A stretch of DNA of 64,000 nucleotides, from the NCBI RefSeq assembly GCF_009914755.1, contig NC_060930.1; one strand, given 5' to 3'. Numbering within the stretch: the stretch's first letter is position 1; each line of letters starts with the position of its first letter. The stretch comes from the human T2T-CHM13v2.0 reference genome, Homo sapiens. The position numbers and the translations under genes were made by a program. This document shows positions 1-11,600 of this stretch, piece by piece. The notes below the pieces were generated by a model that was given only the letters and a program-made list of their open reading frames with translations, did no database searches and was not told the origin of the DNA.

Positions 1-272
1 TCTGTGTTCAACTCACAGAGTTTAACATTTCCTTTGATAGAGCGGTTTAGTAACCCTCTCTTTGTAGAATTTGGAAGTGTATACTAAGAGCGCTTTGAGG
101 CCTATGGTAGAAAAGGAAATATCTTTCCATAAAAGCTAGACAGAAGCAATCTCAGAAACTCCTTTGCGATGTCTGCATTCAACTCACCGAGTGGAACATT
201 CCTCTTGAGAGAGCAGTTTGGAAACACTCTTTCTGTAGAATCAGCTTGTTTGTATTTGGACCTCCTTGAGGC

Positions 273-289
273 CTTCGTTGGAAACGGGT
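273..289 (+). other. CENP-B box, intact core (recurs in each HOR)
   Basis: CTTCGTTGGAAACGGGT matches the NTTCGNNNNANNCGGGN core. Confidence 0.9.
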
Positions 290-612
290 TTTCATCTTAT
301 AAACCCAGACAGAAGAATTCTCAGAGTCTTCTTTGTGATGTGTGCTTTCAACTCACCGAGATAAAGATTTCTCTTGATAGAGCAATTTGGAAACACTCTT
401 TTTGTAGAATTTGCAAGGGTACATTGAGAGCGCTTTCAGGCCTATGGTAGAAAAGGGAATATCTTTCCATAAAAGGTAGACAGAAGCAATCTCAGAAACT
501 ACTTTGTGATGTGTGCATTCAACTCACCGAGTGCAACGTTCCTCTTGACCGAGCAGTTTGGAAACATTGTTTCTGTAGAATCTGCAAGTGGATATTTGGA
601 CCTCTTTGAGGC

Positions 613-629
613 CTTCGTTGGAAACGGGA
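613..629 (+). other. CENP-B box, canonical (recurs in each HOR)
   Basis: CTTCGTTGGAAACGGGA. Confidence 0.95.
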
Positions 630-701
630 TTTCTTCCTATAAACCCAGACAGAAGAATTCTCAGAGACTTCTTTGTGATGTGTGAATTCAACTCACAGTG
701 T

Positions 702-707
702 GGATCC
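702..707. other. Single BamHI site per HOR unit
   Basis: GGATCC seen once per unit in both the 18-mer and the 15-mer, predicting 3057 and 2551 bp BamHI fragments. Confidence 0.85.
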
Positions 708-952
708 TTCCTTTTGATAGAGCAGTTTTGAAACCCTGTTTTTGTAGTATTTCCAAGCGGATATTTGGAACGCCTTGAAGCGTATGGTAGAAAAGGAAAT
801 ATCTTCCCATAAAACCTAGACAGAACCAATCTCAGAAACGACTTTGTGATGTCTGCATTCAAGTCACAGAGTTGAACATTTCTCTTGATAGAGCAGTTTT
901 GAAACCCTCTTTCTGAAGGATCTGCAAGTGGATATTTGGAACTCCTTTGGGT

Positions 953-969
953 CTTCGTTGGAAACGGGA
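953..969 (+). other. CENP-B box, canonical (recurs in each HOR)
   Basis: CTTCGTTGGAAACGGGA. Confidence 0.95.
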
Positions 970-1289
970 TTTCTTCGTATAAATCTAGACAGAAGAATTC
1001 TCCGAAACTTCTTTGGTTGTGTGCATTCAAGTCACAGAGTGGAACCTTCCTTTGGATAGAGCAGTTTGAAACGCCGTGGTTGTAGTATTTCCAAGCGGAT
1101 ATTAGAGCGCCTTGAGGCCTATGGTAGAAAAGGAAATATCTTCCCATAAAACCTAGACGGAAGCAATCTCAGAAACTACTGTGTGATGGCTGCATTCCAC
1201 ACACACGGTGGAACATTTCTCTTGATAGAGCAGTTTTGAAACACTCTTTCTGTAGAATCTGCAAGTGGATAATTGGACCGCCTTGAGGC

Positions 1290-1306
1290 CTTCGTTGGAA
1301 ACGGGA
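1290..1306 (+). other. CENP-B box, canonical (18-mer only)
   Basis: CTTCGTTGGAAACGGGA, inside the 506 bp segment missing from 15-mers. Confidence 0.95.
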
Positions 1307-1458
1307 TTTCTTCATGTTACTCTAGATAGAAGAATTCTCAAACACTGCTATGTGATGTTTGCATTCAAGTCACAGAGTGCAACATTCCTCTTGGTAGAGC
1401 AGTTGGGAAACACTCCTTTTGTAGAATCTGCAATGGGATATTTGGACTTCTTTGAGGC

Positions 1459-1475
1459 CTTCGTTGGAAACGGGA
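1459..1475 (+). other. CENP-B box, canonical (18-mer only)
   Basis: CTTCGTTGGAAACGGGA, 169 bp after the previous box and inside the 506 bp segment missing from 15-mers. Confidence 0.95.
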
Positions 1476-1798
1476 TTTCTTCGTATGAATCTAGACAGAA
1501 GAATTCTCAGAAACTTCCTTGTGATGTGTGCATTCAACTCAGCGAGTGGCACCTTCCTTTGGATACAGCAGTTTTGAAACACTGTTTTTGTAGTATTTCC
1601 AAGCGGATATTTAGAGCGCCTTGAAGCCTATGCTAGAAATGGAAATATCTCCCCATAAAACCAAGACAGAAGCAATCTCAGAAACTAATGTGTGATGGCT
1701 GCATTCCACACACACGGTGGACCATTTCTCTTGATAGAGCAGTTTTGAAACACTCTTTCTGTAGAATCTGCAAGTGGATAATTGGACCTCCTAGAGGC

Positions 1799-1815
1799 CT
1801 TCGTTGGAAACGGGA
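1799..1815 (+). other. CENP-B box, canonical (recurs in each HOR)
   Basis: CTTCGTTGGAAACGGGA. Confidence 0.95.
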
Positions 1816-2137
1816 TTTCTTCATCTAAACCTACAGAGAAGAATTCTCAGTAACTTCTTCGGATGTGTGCATTCGACGCACAGAATGGAACATTCCCTTT
1901 GATAGAGCAGTTTTGAGACACCGTTTTTGTAGAATTCCCAAGTGGATATTTAGAGCACTTTGAAGTCTCTGCTAGAAAAGGAAACATCTTCATGTAAAAA
2001 GTAGATAGAATCGTTCTCAGAAAGTGCTTAGTGACGTGTGCGTTCAACTCACAGAGTTTAACGTTTCTTTTGATAGAGCGTTTCTGAAACACCCTTCTTG
2101 TAGTAGCTGCAAGTGGATATTTGGACCTATTGGAGGC

Positions 2138-2154
2138 CTTCTTTGGAAATGGGA
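2138..2154 (+). other. Degenerate CENP-B box
   Basis: CTTCTTTGGAAATGGGA; both core CpGs are altered. Confidence 0.85.
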
Positions 2155-2647
2155 TTTCTTCATGTAACTCTAGATTGAAGAGTTCTCAGAAACTCCTTTG
2201 TGATGTGTGCATTCAATTCAAAGAGTGAAACCTCCCTTTTCACAGAGCAGTTTTGAAACACTGTTTTTGTAGGATTTCCAAGGGGATATTTATAGCGCAT
2301 TGAGCCTACGGCGGAAAAAGAAACATCTTCCTATAAAAACTAGACAGAATACTTCTCAGAATCTGCTTTGCGATGTGTGCGTTCAACTCACAGAGTAAAA
2401 CTTTTCTTTTGATAGAGCAGTTTTGAAACACTCTTTTTGTAGTATTTGCATGTGTATATTTAGAGCGCATTGAAGCCCACAGTAGAAAAGGAAATAACTT
2501 CACCTAAAACCTAGACAGAAGCAATCTCAGAAACTACTTTGTGATGTGTACATTCAACTCACAGAGTGGAACTTTCCTCTTTATAGAGCAGTGTTGAAAC
2601 ACTCTTTTTGTAGAAACTGCAAGTGGATATTTGGACCTCTTTGAGGC

Positions 2648-2664
2648 CTTCGTTGGAAACGGGA
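2648..2664 (+). other. CENP-B box, canonical (recurs in each HOR)
   Basis: CTTCGTTGGAAACGGGA. Confidence 0.95.
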
Positions 2665-2987
2665 TTTCTTCCTATAACCCTAGACAGAAGAATTTTCAGA
2701 AACCTCATTGTGATGTGTGCGTTCATCTCACAGAGTGGAGTCTTCCGTTTGATAGAGAAGTTTTGAAACCCTGTTCTTGTAGGATTTCCAAGTGGATATT
2801 TAGACCACTTTGAAGCCTATGATAGAAAAGGAAACATCTTCATGGAAAACATAGATAGAATCATCCTCAGAAACAACTTTGTGATGTGTGCGTTGAACTC
2901 ACCGTCTTTAACCTTTCTTTTGGTAGAGAAGTTTTGAAACACTCTCTTTGTAAAGTCTACAAGTGGATATTTTGAGCCCTTGGAGGC

Positions 2988-3004
2988 ATTCTTTGGAAAA
3001 GGGA
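2988..3004 (+). other. Degenerate CENP-B box
   Basis: ATTCTTTGGAAAAGGGA; both core CpGs are altered. Confidence 0.85.
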
Positions 3005-3057
3005 ATGTCTTCACATAAAAGGCAGACGGAAGTGTTCTCAGAAACTGCTTTGTGATG

Positions 3058-5608
3058 TCTGTGTTCAACTCACAGAGTTTAACATTTCCTTTGATAGAGC
3101 GGTTTAGTAACCCTCTCTTTGTAGAATTTGGAAGTGTATACTAAGAGCGCTTTGAGGCCTATGGTAGAAAAGGAAATATCTTTCCATAAAAGCTAGACAG
3201 AAGCAATCTCAGAAACTCCTCTGTGATGTCTGCATTCAACTCACCGAGTGGAACATTCCTCTTGAGAGAGCAGTTTGGAAACACTCTTTCTGTAGAATCA
3301 GCTTGTTTGTATTTGGACCTCCTTGAGGCCTTCGTTGGAAACGGGTTTTCATCTTATAAACCCAGACAGAAGAATTCTCAGAGTCTTCTTTGTGATGTGT
3401 GCTTTCAACTCACCGAGATAAAGATTTCTCTTGATAGAGCAATTTGGAAACACTCTTTTTGTAGAATTTGCAAGGGTACATTGAGAGCGCTTTCAGGCCT
3501 ATGGTAGAAAAGGGAATATCTTTCCATAAAAGGTAGACAGAAGCAATCTCAGAAACTACTTTGTGATGTGTGCATTCAACTCACCGAGTGCAACGTTCCT
3601 CTTGACCGAGCAGTTTGGAAACATTGTTTCTGTAGAATCTGCAAGTGGATATTTGGACCTCTTTGAGGCCTTCGTTGGAAACGGGATTTCTTCCTATAAA
3701 CCCAGACAGAAGAATTCTCAGAGACTTCTTTGTGATGTGTGAATTCAACTCACAGTGTGGATCCTTCCTTTTGATAGAGCAGTTTTGAAACCCTGTTTTT
3801 GTAGTATTTCCAAGCGGATATTTGGAACGCCTTGAAGCGTATGGTAGAAAAGGAAATATCTTCCCATAAAACCTAGACAGAACCAATCTCAGAAACGACT
3901 TTGTGATGTCTGCATTCAAGTCACAGAGTTGAACATTTCTCTTGATAGAGCAGTTTTGAAACCCTCTTTCTGAAGGATCTGCAAGTGGATATTTGGAACT
4001 CCTTTGGGTCTTCGTTGGAAACGGGATTTCTTCGTATAAATCTAGACAGAAGAATTCTCAGAAACTTCCTTGTGATGTGTGCATTCAACTCAGCGAGTGG
4101 CACCTTCCTTTGGATACAGCAGTTTTGAAACACTGTTTTTGTAGTATTTCCAAGCGGATATTTAGAGCGCCTTGAAGCCTATGCTAGAAATGGAAATATC
4201 TCCCCATAAAACCAAGACGGAAGCAATCTCAGAAACTAATGTGTGATGGCTGCATTCCACACACACGGTGGACCATTTCTCTTGATAGAGCAGTTTTGAA
4301 ACACTCTTTCTGTAGAATCTGCAAGTGGATAATTGGACCTCCGAGAGGCCTTCGTTGGAAACGGGATTTCTTCATCTAAACCTACAGAGAAGTATTCTCA
4401 GTAACTTCTTCGGATGTGTGCATTCGACGCACAGAATGGAACATTCCCTTTGATAGAGCAGTTTTGAGACACCGTTTTTGTAGAATTCCCCAGTGGATAT
4501 TTAGAGCACTTTGAAGTCTCTGCTAGAAAAGGAAACATCATCATGTAAAAAGTAGATAGAATCGTTCTCAGAAAGTGCTTAGTGTCGTGTGCGTTCAACT
4601 CACAGAGTTTAACGTTTCTTTTGATAGAGCGTTTCTGAAACACCCTTCTTGTAGTAGCTGCAAGTGGATATTTGGACCTATTGGAGGCCTTCTTTGGAAA
4701 TGGGATTTCTTCATGTAACTCTAGATTGAAGAATTCTCAGAAACTCCTTTGTGATGTGTGCATTCAATTCAAAGAGTGAAACCTCCCTTTTCACAGAGCA
4801 GTTTTGAAACACTGTTTTTGTAGGATTTCCAAGGGGATATTTATAGCGCATTGAGCCTACGGCGGAAAAAGAAACATCTTCCTATAAAAACTAGAGAGAA
4901 TACTTCTCAGAATCTGCTTTGCGATGTGTGCGTTCAACTCACAGAGTAAAACTTTTCTTTTGATAGAGCAGTTTTGAAACACTCTTTTTGTAGTATTTGC
5001 ATGTGTATATTTAGAGCGCATTGAAGCCCACAGTAGAAAAGGAAATAACTTCACCTAAAACCTAGACAGAAGCAATCTCAGAAACTACTTTGTGATGTGT
5101 ACATTCAACTCACAGAGTGGAACTTTCCTCTTTATAGAGCAGTGTTGAAACACTCTTTTTGTAGAAACTGCAAGTGGATATTTGGACCTCTTTGAGGCCT
5201 TCGTTGGAAACGGGATTTCTTCCTATAACCCTAGACAGAAGAATTTTCAGAAACCTCATTGTGATGTGTGCGTTCATCTCACAGAGTGGAGTCTTCCGTT
5301 TGATAGAGAAGTTTTGAAACCCTGTTCTTGTAGGATTTCCAAGTGGATATTTAGACCACTTTGAAGCCTATGATAGAAAAGGAAACATCTTCATGGAAAA
5401 CATAGATGGAATCATCCTCAGAAACAACTTTGTGATGTGTGCGTTGAACTCACCGTCTTTAACCTTTCTTTTGGTAGAGAAGTTTTGAAACACTCTCTTT
5501 GTAAAGTCTACAAGTGGATATTTTGAGCCCTTGGAGGCATTCTTTGGAAAAGGGAATGTCTTCACATAAAAGGCAGACGGAAGTGTTCTCAGAAACTGCT
5601 TTGTGATG
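3058..5608 (+). repeat. HOR unit U2, 15-mer deletion variant (2551 bp)
   Basis: Period of 2551 bp; hybrid junction TCGTATAAATCTAGACAGAAGAATTCTCAGAAACTTCCTTG at about 4032-4072. Confidence 0.95.
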
Positions 5609-8600
5609 TCTGTGTTCAACTCACAGAGTTTAACATTTCCTTTGATAGAGCGGTTTAGTAACCCTCTCTTTGTAGAATTTGGAAGTGTATACTAAGAGCG
5701 CTTTGAGGCCTATGGTAGAAAAGGAAATATCTTTCCATAAAAGCTAGACAGAAGCAATCTCAGAAACTCCTTTGCGATGTCTGCATTCAACTCACCGAGT
5801 GGAACATTCCTCTTGAGAGAGCAGTTTGGAAACACTCTTTCTGTAGAATCAGCTTGTTTGTATTTGGACCTCCTTGAGGCCTTCGTTGGAAACGGGTTTT
5901 CATCTTATAAACCCAGACAGAAGAATTCTCAGAGTCTTCTTTGTGATGTGTGCTTTCAACTCACCGAGATAAAGATTTCTCTTGATAGAGCAATTTGGAA
6001 ACACTCTTTTTGTAGAATTTGCAAGGGTACATTGAGAGCGCTTTCAGGCCTATGGTAGAAAAGGGAATATCTTTCCATAAAAGGTAGACAGAAGCAATCT
6101 CAGAAACTACTTTGTGATGTGTGCATTCAACTCACCGAGTGCAACGTTCCTCTTGACCGAGCAGTTTGGAAACATTGTTTCTGTAGAATCTGCAAGTGGA
6201 TATTTGGACCTCTTTGAGGCCTTCGTTGGAAACGGGATTTCTTCCTATAAACCCAGACAGAAGAATTCTCAGAGACTTCTTTGTGATGTGTGAATTCAAC
6301 TCACAGTGTGGATCCTTCCTTTTGATAGAGCAGTTTTGAAACCCTGTTTTTGTAGTATTTCCAAGCGGATATTTGGAACGCCTTGAAGCGTATGGTAGAA
6401 AAGGAAATATCTTCCCATAAAACCTAGACAGAACCAATCTCAGAAACGACTTTGTGATGTCTGCATTCAAGTCACAGAGTTGAACATTTCTCTTGATAGA
6501 GCAGTTTTGAAACCCTCTTTCTGAAGGATCTGCAAGTGGATATTTGGAACTCCTTTGGGTCTTCGTTGGAAACGGGATTTCTTCGTATAAATCTAGACAG
6601 AAGAATTCTCCGAAACTTCTTTGGTTGTGTGCATTCAAGTCACAGAGTGGAACCTTCCTTTGGATAGAGCAGTTTGAAACGCCGTGGTTGTAGTATTTCC
6701 AAGCGGATATTAGAGCGCCTTGAGGCCTATGGTAGAAAAGGAAATATCTTCCCATAAAACCTAGACGGAAGCAATCTCAGAAACTACTGTGTGATGGCTG
6801 CATTCCACACACACGGTGGAACATTTCTCTTGATAGAGCAGTTTTGAAACACTCTTTCTGTAGAATCTGCAAGTGGATAATTGGACCGCCTTGAGGCCTT
6901 CGTTGGAAACGGGATTTCTTCATGTTACTCTAGATAGAAGAATTCTCAAACACTGCTATGTGATGTTTGCATTCAAGTCACAGAGTGCAACATTCCTCTT
7001 GGTAGAGCAGTTGGGAAACACTCCTTTTGTAGAATCTGCAATGGGATATTTGGACTTCTTTGAGGCCTTCGTTGGAAACGGGATTTCTTCGTATGAATCT
7101 AGACAGAAGAATTCTCAGAAACTTCCTTGTGATGTGTGCATTCAACTCAGCGAGTGGCACCTTCCTTTGGATACAGCAGTTTTGAAACACTGTTTTTGTA
7201 GTATTTCCAAGCGGATATTTAGAGCGCCTTGAAGCCTATGCTAGAAATGGAAATATCTCCCCATAAAACCAAGACAGAAGCAATCTCAGAAACTAATGTG
7301 TGATGGCTGCATTCCACACACACGGTGGACCATTTCTCTTGATAGAGCAGTTTTGAAACACTCTTTCTGTAGAATCTGCAAGTGGATAATTGGACCTCCT
7401 AGAGGCCTTCGTTGGAAACGGGATTTCTTCATCTAAACCTACAGAGAAGAATTCTCAGTAACTTCTTCGGATGTGTGCATTCGACGCACAGAATGGAACA
7501 TTCCCTTTGATAGAGCAGTTTTGAGACACCGTTTTTGTAGAATTCCCAAGTGGATATTTAGAGCACTTTGAAGTCTCTGCTAGAAAAGGAAACATCTTCA
7601 TGTAAAAAGTAGATAGAATCGTTCTCAGAAAGTGCTTAGTGACGTGTGCGTTCAACTCACAGAGTTTAACGTTTCTTTTGATAGAGCGTTTCTGAAACAC
7701 CCTTCTTGTAGTAGCTGCAAGTGGATATTTGGACCTATTGGAGGCCTTCTTTGGAAATGGGATTTCTTCATGTAACTCTAGATTGAAGAGTTCTCAGAAA
7801 CTCCTTTGTGATGTGTGCATTCAATTCAAAGAGTGAAACCTCCCTTTTCACAGAGCAGTTTTGAAACACTGTTTTTGTAGGATTTCCAAGGGGATATTTA
7901 TAGCGCATTGAGCCTACGGCGGAAAAAGAAACATCTTCCTATAAAAACTAGACAGAATACTTCTCAGAATCTGCTTTGCGATGTGTGCGTTCAACTCACA
8001 GAGTAAAACTTTTCTTTTGATAGAGCAGTTTTGAAACACTCTTTTTGTAGTATTTGCATGTGTATATTTAGAGCGCATTGAAGCCCACAGTAGAAAAGGA
8101 AATAACTTCACCTAAAACCTAGACAGAAGCAATCTCAGAAACTACTTTGTGATGTGTACATTCAACTCACAGAGTGGAACTTTCCTCTTTATAGAGCAGT
8201 GTTGAAACACTCTTTTTGTAGAAACTGCAAGTGGATATTTGGACCTCTTTGAGGCCTTCGTTGGAAACGGGATTTCTTCCTATAACCCTAGACAGAAGAA
8301 TTTTCAGAAACCTCATTGTGATGTGTGCGTTCATCTCACAGAGTGGAGTCTTCCGTTTGATAGAGAAGTTTTGAAACCCTGTTCTTGTAGGATTTCCAAG
8401 TGGATATTTAGACCACTTTGAAGCCTATGATAGAAAAGGAAACATCTTCATGGAAAACATAGATAGAATCATCCTCAGAAACAACTTTGTGATGTGTGCG
8501 TTGAACTCACCGTCTTTAACCTTTCTTTTGGTAGAGAAGTTTTGAAACACTCTCTTTGTAAAGTCTACAAGTGGATATTTTGAGCCCTTGGAGGCATTCT

Positions 8601-11600
8601 TTGGAAAAGGGAATGTCTTCACATAAAAGGCAGACGGAAGTGTTCTCAGAAACTGCTTTGTGATGTCTGTGTTCAACTCACAGAGTTTAACATTTCCTTT
8701 GATAGAGCGGTTTAGTAACCCTCTCTTTGTAGAATTTGGAAGTGTATACTAAGAGCGCTTTGAGGCCTATGGTAGAAAAGGAAATATCTTTCCATAAAAG
8801 CTAGACAGAAGCAATCTCAGAAACTCCTTTGCGATGTCTGCATTCAACTCACCGAGTGGAACATTCCTCTTGAGAGAGCAGTTTGGAAACACTCTTTCTG
8901 TAGAATCAGCTTGTTTGTATTTGGACCTCCTTGAGGCCTTCGTTGGAAACGGGTTTTCATCTTATAAACCCAGACAGAAGAATTCTCAGAGTCTTCTTTG
9001 TGATGTGTGCTTTCAACTCACCGAGATAAAGATTTCTCTTGATAGAGCAATTTGGAAACACTCTTTTTGTAGAATTTGCAAGGGTACATTGAGAGCGCTT
9101 TCAGGCCTATGGTAGAAAAGGGAATATCTTTCCATAAAAGGTAGACAGAAGCAATCTCAGAAACTACTTTGTGATGTGTGCATTCAACTCACCGAGTGCA
9201 ACGTTCCTCTTGACCGAGCAGTTTGGAAACATTGTTTCTGTAGAATCTGCAAGTGGATATTTGGACCTCTTTGAGGCCTTCGTTGGAAACGGGATTTCTT
9301 CCTATAAACCCAGACAGAAGAATTCTCAGAGACTTCTTTGTGATGTGTGAATTCAACTCACAGTGTGGATCCTTCCTTTTGATAGAGCAGTTTTGAAACC
9401 CTGTTTTTGTAGTATTTCCAAGCGGATATTCGGAACGCCTTGAAGCGTATGGTAGAAAAGGAAATATCTTCCCATAAAACCTAGACAGAACCAATCTCAG
9501 AAACGACTTTGTGATGTCTGCATTCAAGTCACAGAGTTGAACATTTCTCTTGATAGAGCAGTTTTGAAACCCTCTTTCTGAAGGATCTGCAAGTGGATAT
9601 TTGGAACTCCTTTGGGTCTTCGTTGGAAACGGGATTTCTTCGTATAAATCTAGACAGAAGAATTCTCCGAAACTTCTTTGGTTGTGTGCATTCAAGTCAC
9701 AGAGTGGAACCTTCCTTTGGATAGAGCAGTTTGAAACGCCGTGGTTGTAGTATTTCCAAGCGGATATTAGAGCGCCTTGAGGCCTATGGTAGAAAAGGAA
9801 ATATCTTCCCATAAAACCTAGACGGAAGCAATCTCAGAAACTACTGTGTGATGGCTGCATTCCACACACACGGTGGAACATTTCTCTTGATAGAGCAGTT
9901 TTGAAACACTCTTTCTGTAGAATCTGCAAGTGGATAATTGGACCGCCTTGAGGCCTTCGTTGGAAACGGGATTTCTTCATGTTACTCTAGATAGAAGAAT
10001 TCTCAAACACTGCTATGTGATGTTTGCATTCAAGTCACAGAGTGCAACATTCCTCTTGGTAGAGCAGTTGGGAAACACTCCTTTTGTAGAATCTGCAATG
10101 GGATATTTGGACTTCTTTGAGGCCTTCGTTGGAAACGGGATTTCTTCGTATGAATCTAGACAGAAGAATTCTCAGAAACTTCCTTGTGATGTGTGCATTC
10201 AACTCAGCGAGTGGCACCTTCCTTTGGATACAGCAGTTTTGAAACACTGTTTTTGTAGTATTTCCAAGCGGATATTTAGAGCGCCTTGAAGCCTATGCTA
10301 GAAATGGAAATATCTCCCCATAAAACCAAGACAGAAGCAATCTCAGAAACTAATGTGTGATGGCTGCATTCCACACACACGGTGGACCATTTCTCTTGAT
10401 AGAGCAGTTTTGAAACACTCTTTCTGTAGAATCTGCAAGTGGATAATTGGACCTCCGAGAGGCCTTCGTTGGAAACGGGATTTCTTCATCTAAACCTACA
10501 GAGAAGAATTCTCAGTAACTTCTTCGGATGTGTGCATTCGACGCACAGAATGGAACATTCCCTTTGATAGAGCAGTTTTGAGACACCGTTTTTGTAGAAT
10601 TCCCAAGTGGATATTTAGAGCACTTTGAAGTCTCTGCTAGAAAAGGAAACATCATCATGTAAAAAGTAGATAGAATCGTTCTCAGAAAGTGCTTAGTGTC
10701 GTGTGCGTTCAACTCACAGAGTTTAACGTTTCTTTTGATAGAGCGTTTCTGAAACACCCTTCTTGTAGTAGCTGCAAGTGGATATTTGGACCTATTGGAG
10801 GCCTTCTTTGGAAATGGGATTTCTTCATGTAACTCTAGATTGAAGAATTCTCAGAAACTCCTTTGTGATGTGTGCATTCAATTCAAAGAGTGAAACCTCC
10901 CTTTTCACAGAGCAGTTTTGAAACACTGTTTTTGTAGGATTTCCAAGGGGATATTTATAGCGCATTGAGCCTACGGCGGAAAAAGAAACATCTTCCTATA
11001 AAAACTAGAGAGAATACTTCTCAGAATCTGCTTTGCGATGTGTGCGTTCAACTCACAGAGTAAAACTTTTCTTTTGATAGAGCAGTTTTGAAACACTCTT
11101 TTTGTAGTATTTGCATGTGTATATTTAGAGCGCATTGAAGCCCACAGTAGAAAAGGAAATAACTTCACCTAAAACCTAGACAGAAGCAATCTCAGAAACT
11201 ACTTTGTGATGTGTACATTCAACTCACAGAGTGGAACTTTCCTCTTTATAGAGCAGTGTTGAAACACTCTTTTTGTAGAAACTGCAAGTGGATATTTGGA
11301 CCTCTTTGAGGCCTTCGTTGGAAACGGGATTTCTTCCTATAACCCTAGACAGAAGAATTTTCAGAAACCTCATTGTGATGTGTGCGTTCATCTCACAGAG
11401 TGGAGTCTTCCGTTTGATAGAGAAGTTTTGAAACCCTGTTCTTGTAGGATTTCCAAGTGGATATTTAGACCACTTTGAAGCCTATGATAGAAAAGGAAAC
11501 ATCTTCATGGAAAACATAGATAGAATCATCCTCAGAAACAACTTTGTGATGTGTGCGTTGAACTCACCGTCTTTAACCTTTCTTTTGGTAGAGAAGTTTT

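Larger units (their letters stand above)
1..3057 (+). repeat. HOR unit U1, canonical 18-mer (3057 bp)
   Basis: The sequence at 1 (TCTGTGTTCAACTCACAGAG) recurs at 3058. The unit has nine A-type (pJalpha-like) and nine B-type (CENP-B-box-like) monomers. Confidence 0.95.

Noticed and set aside
1197-1206. CACACACAC microsatellite-like run
   Set aside because: It is too short, invariant across units, and simply part of two paralogous monomers.
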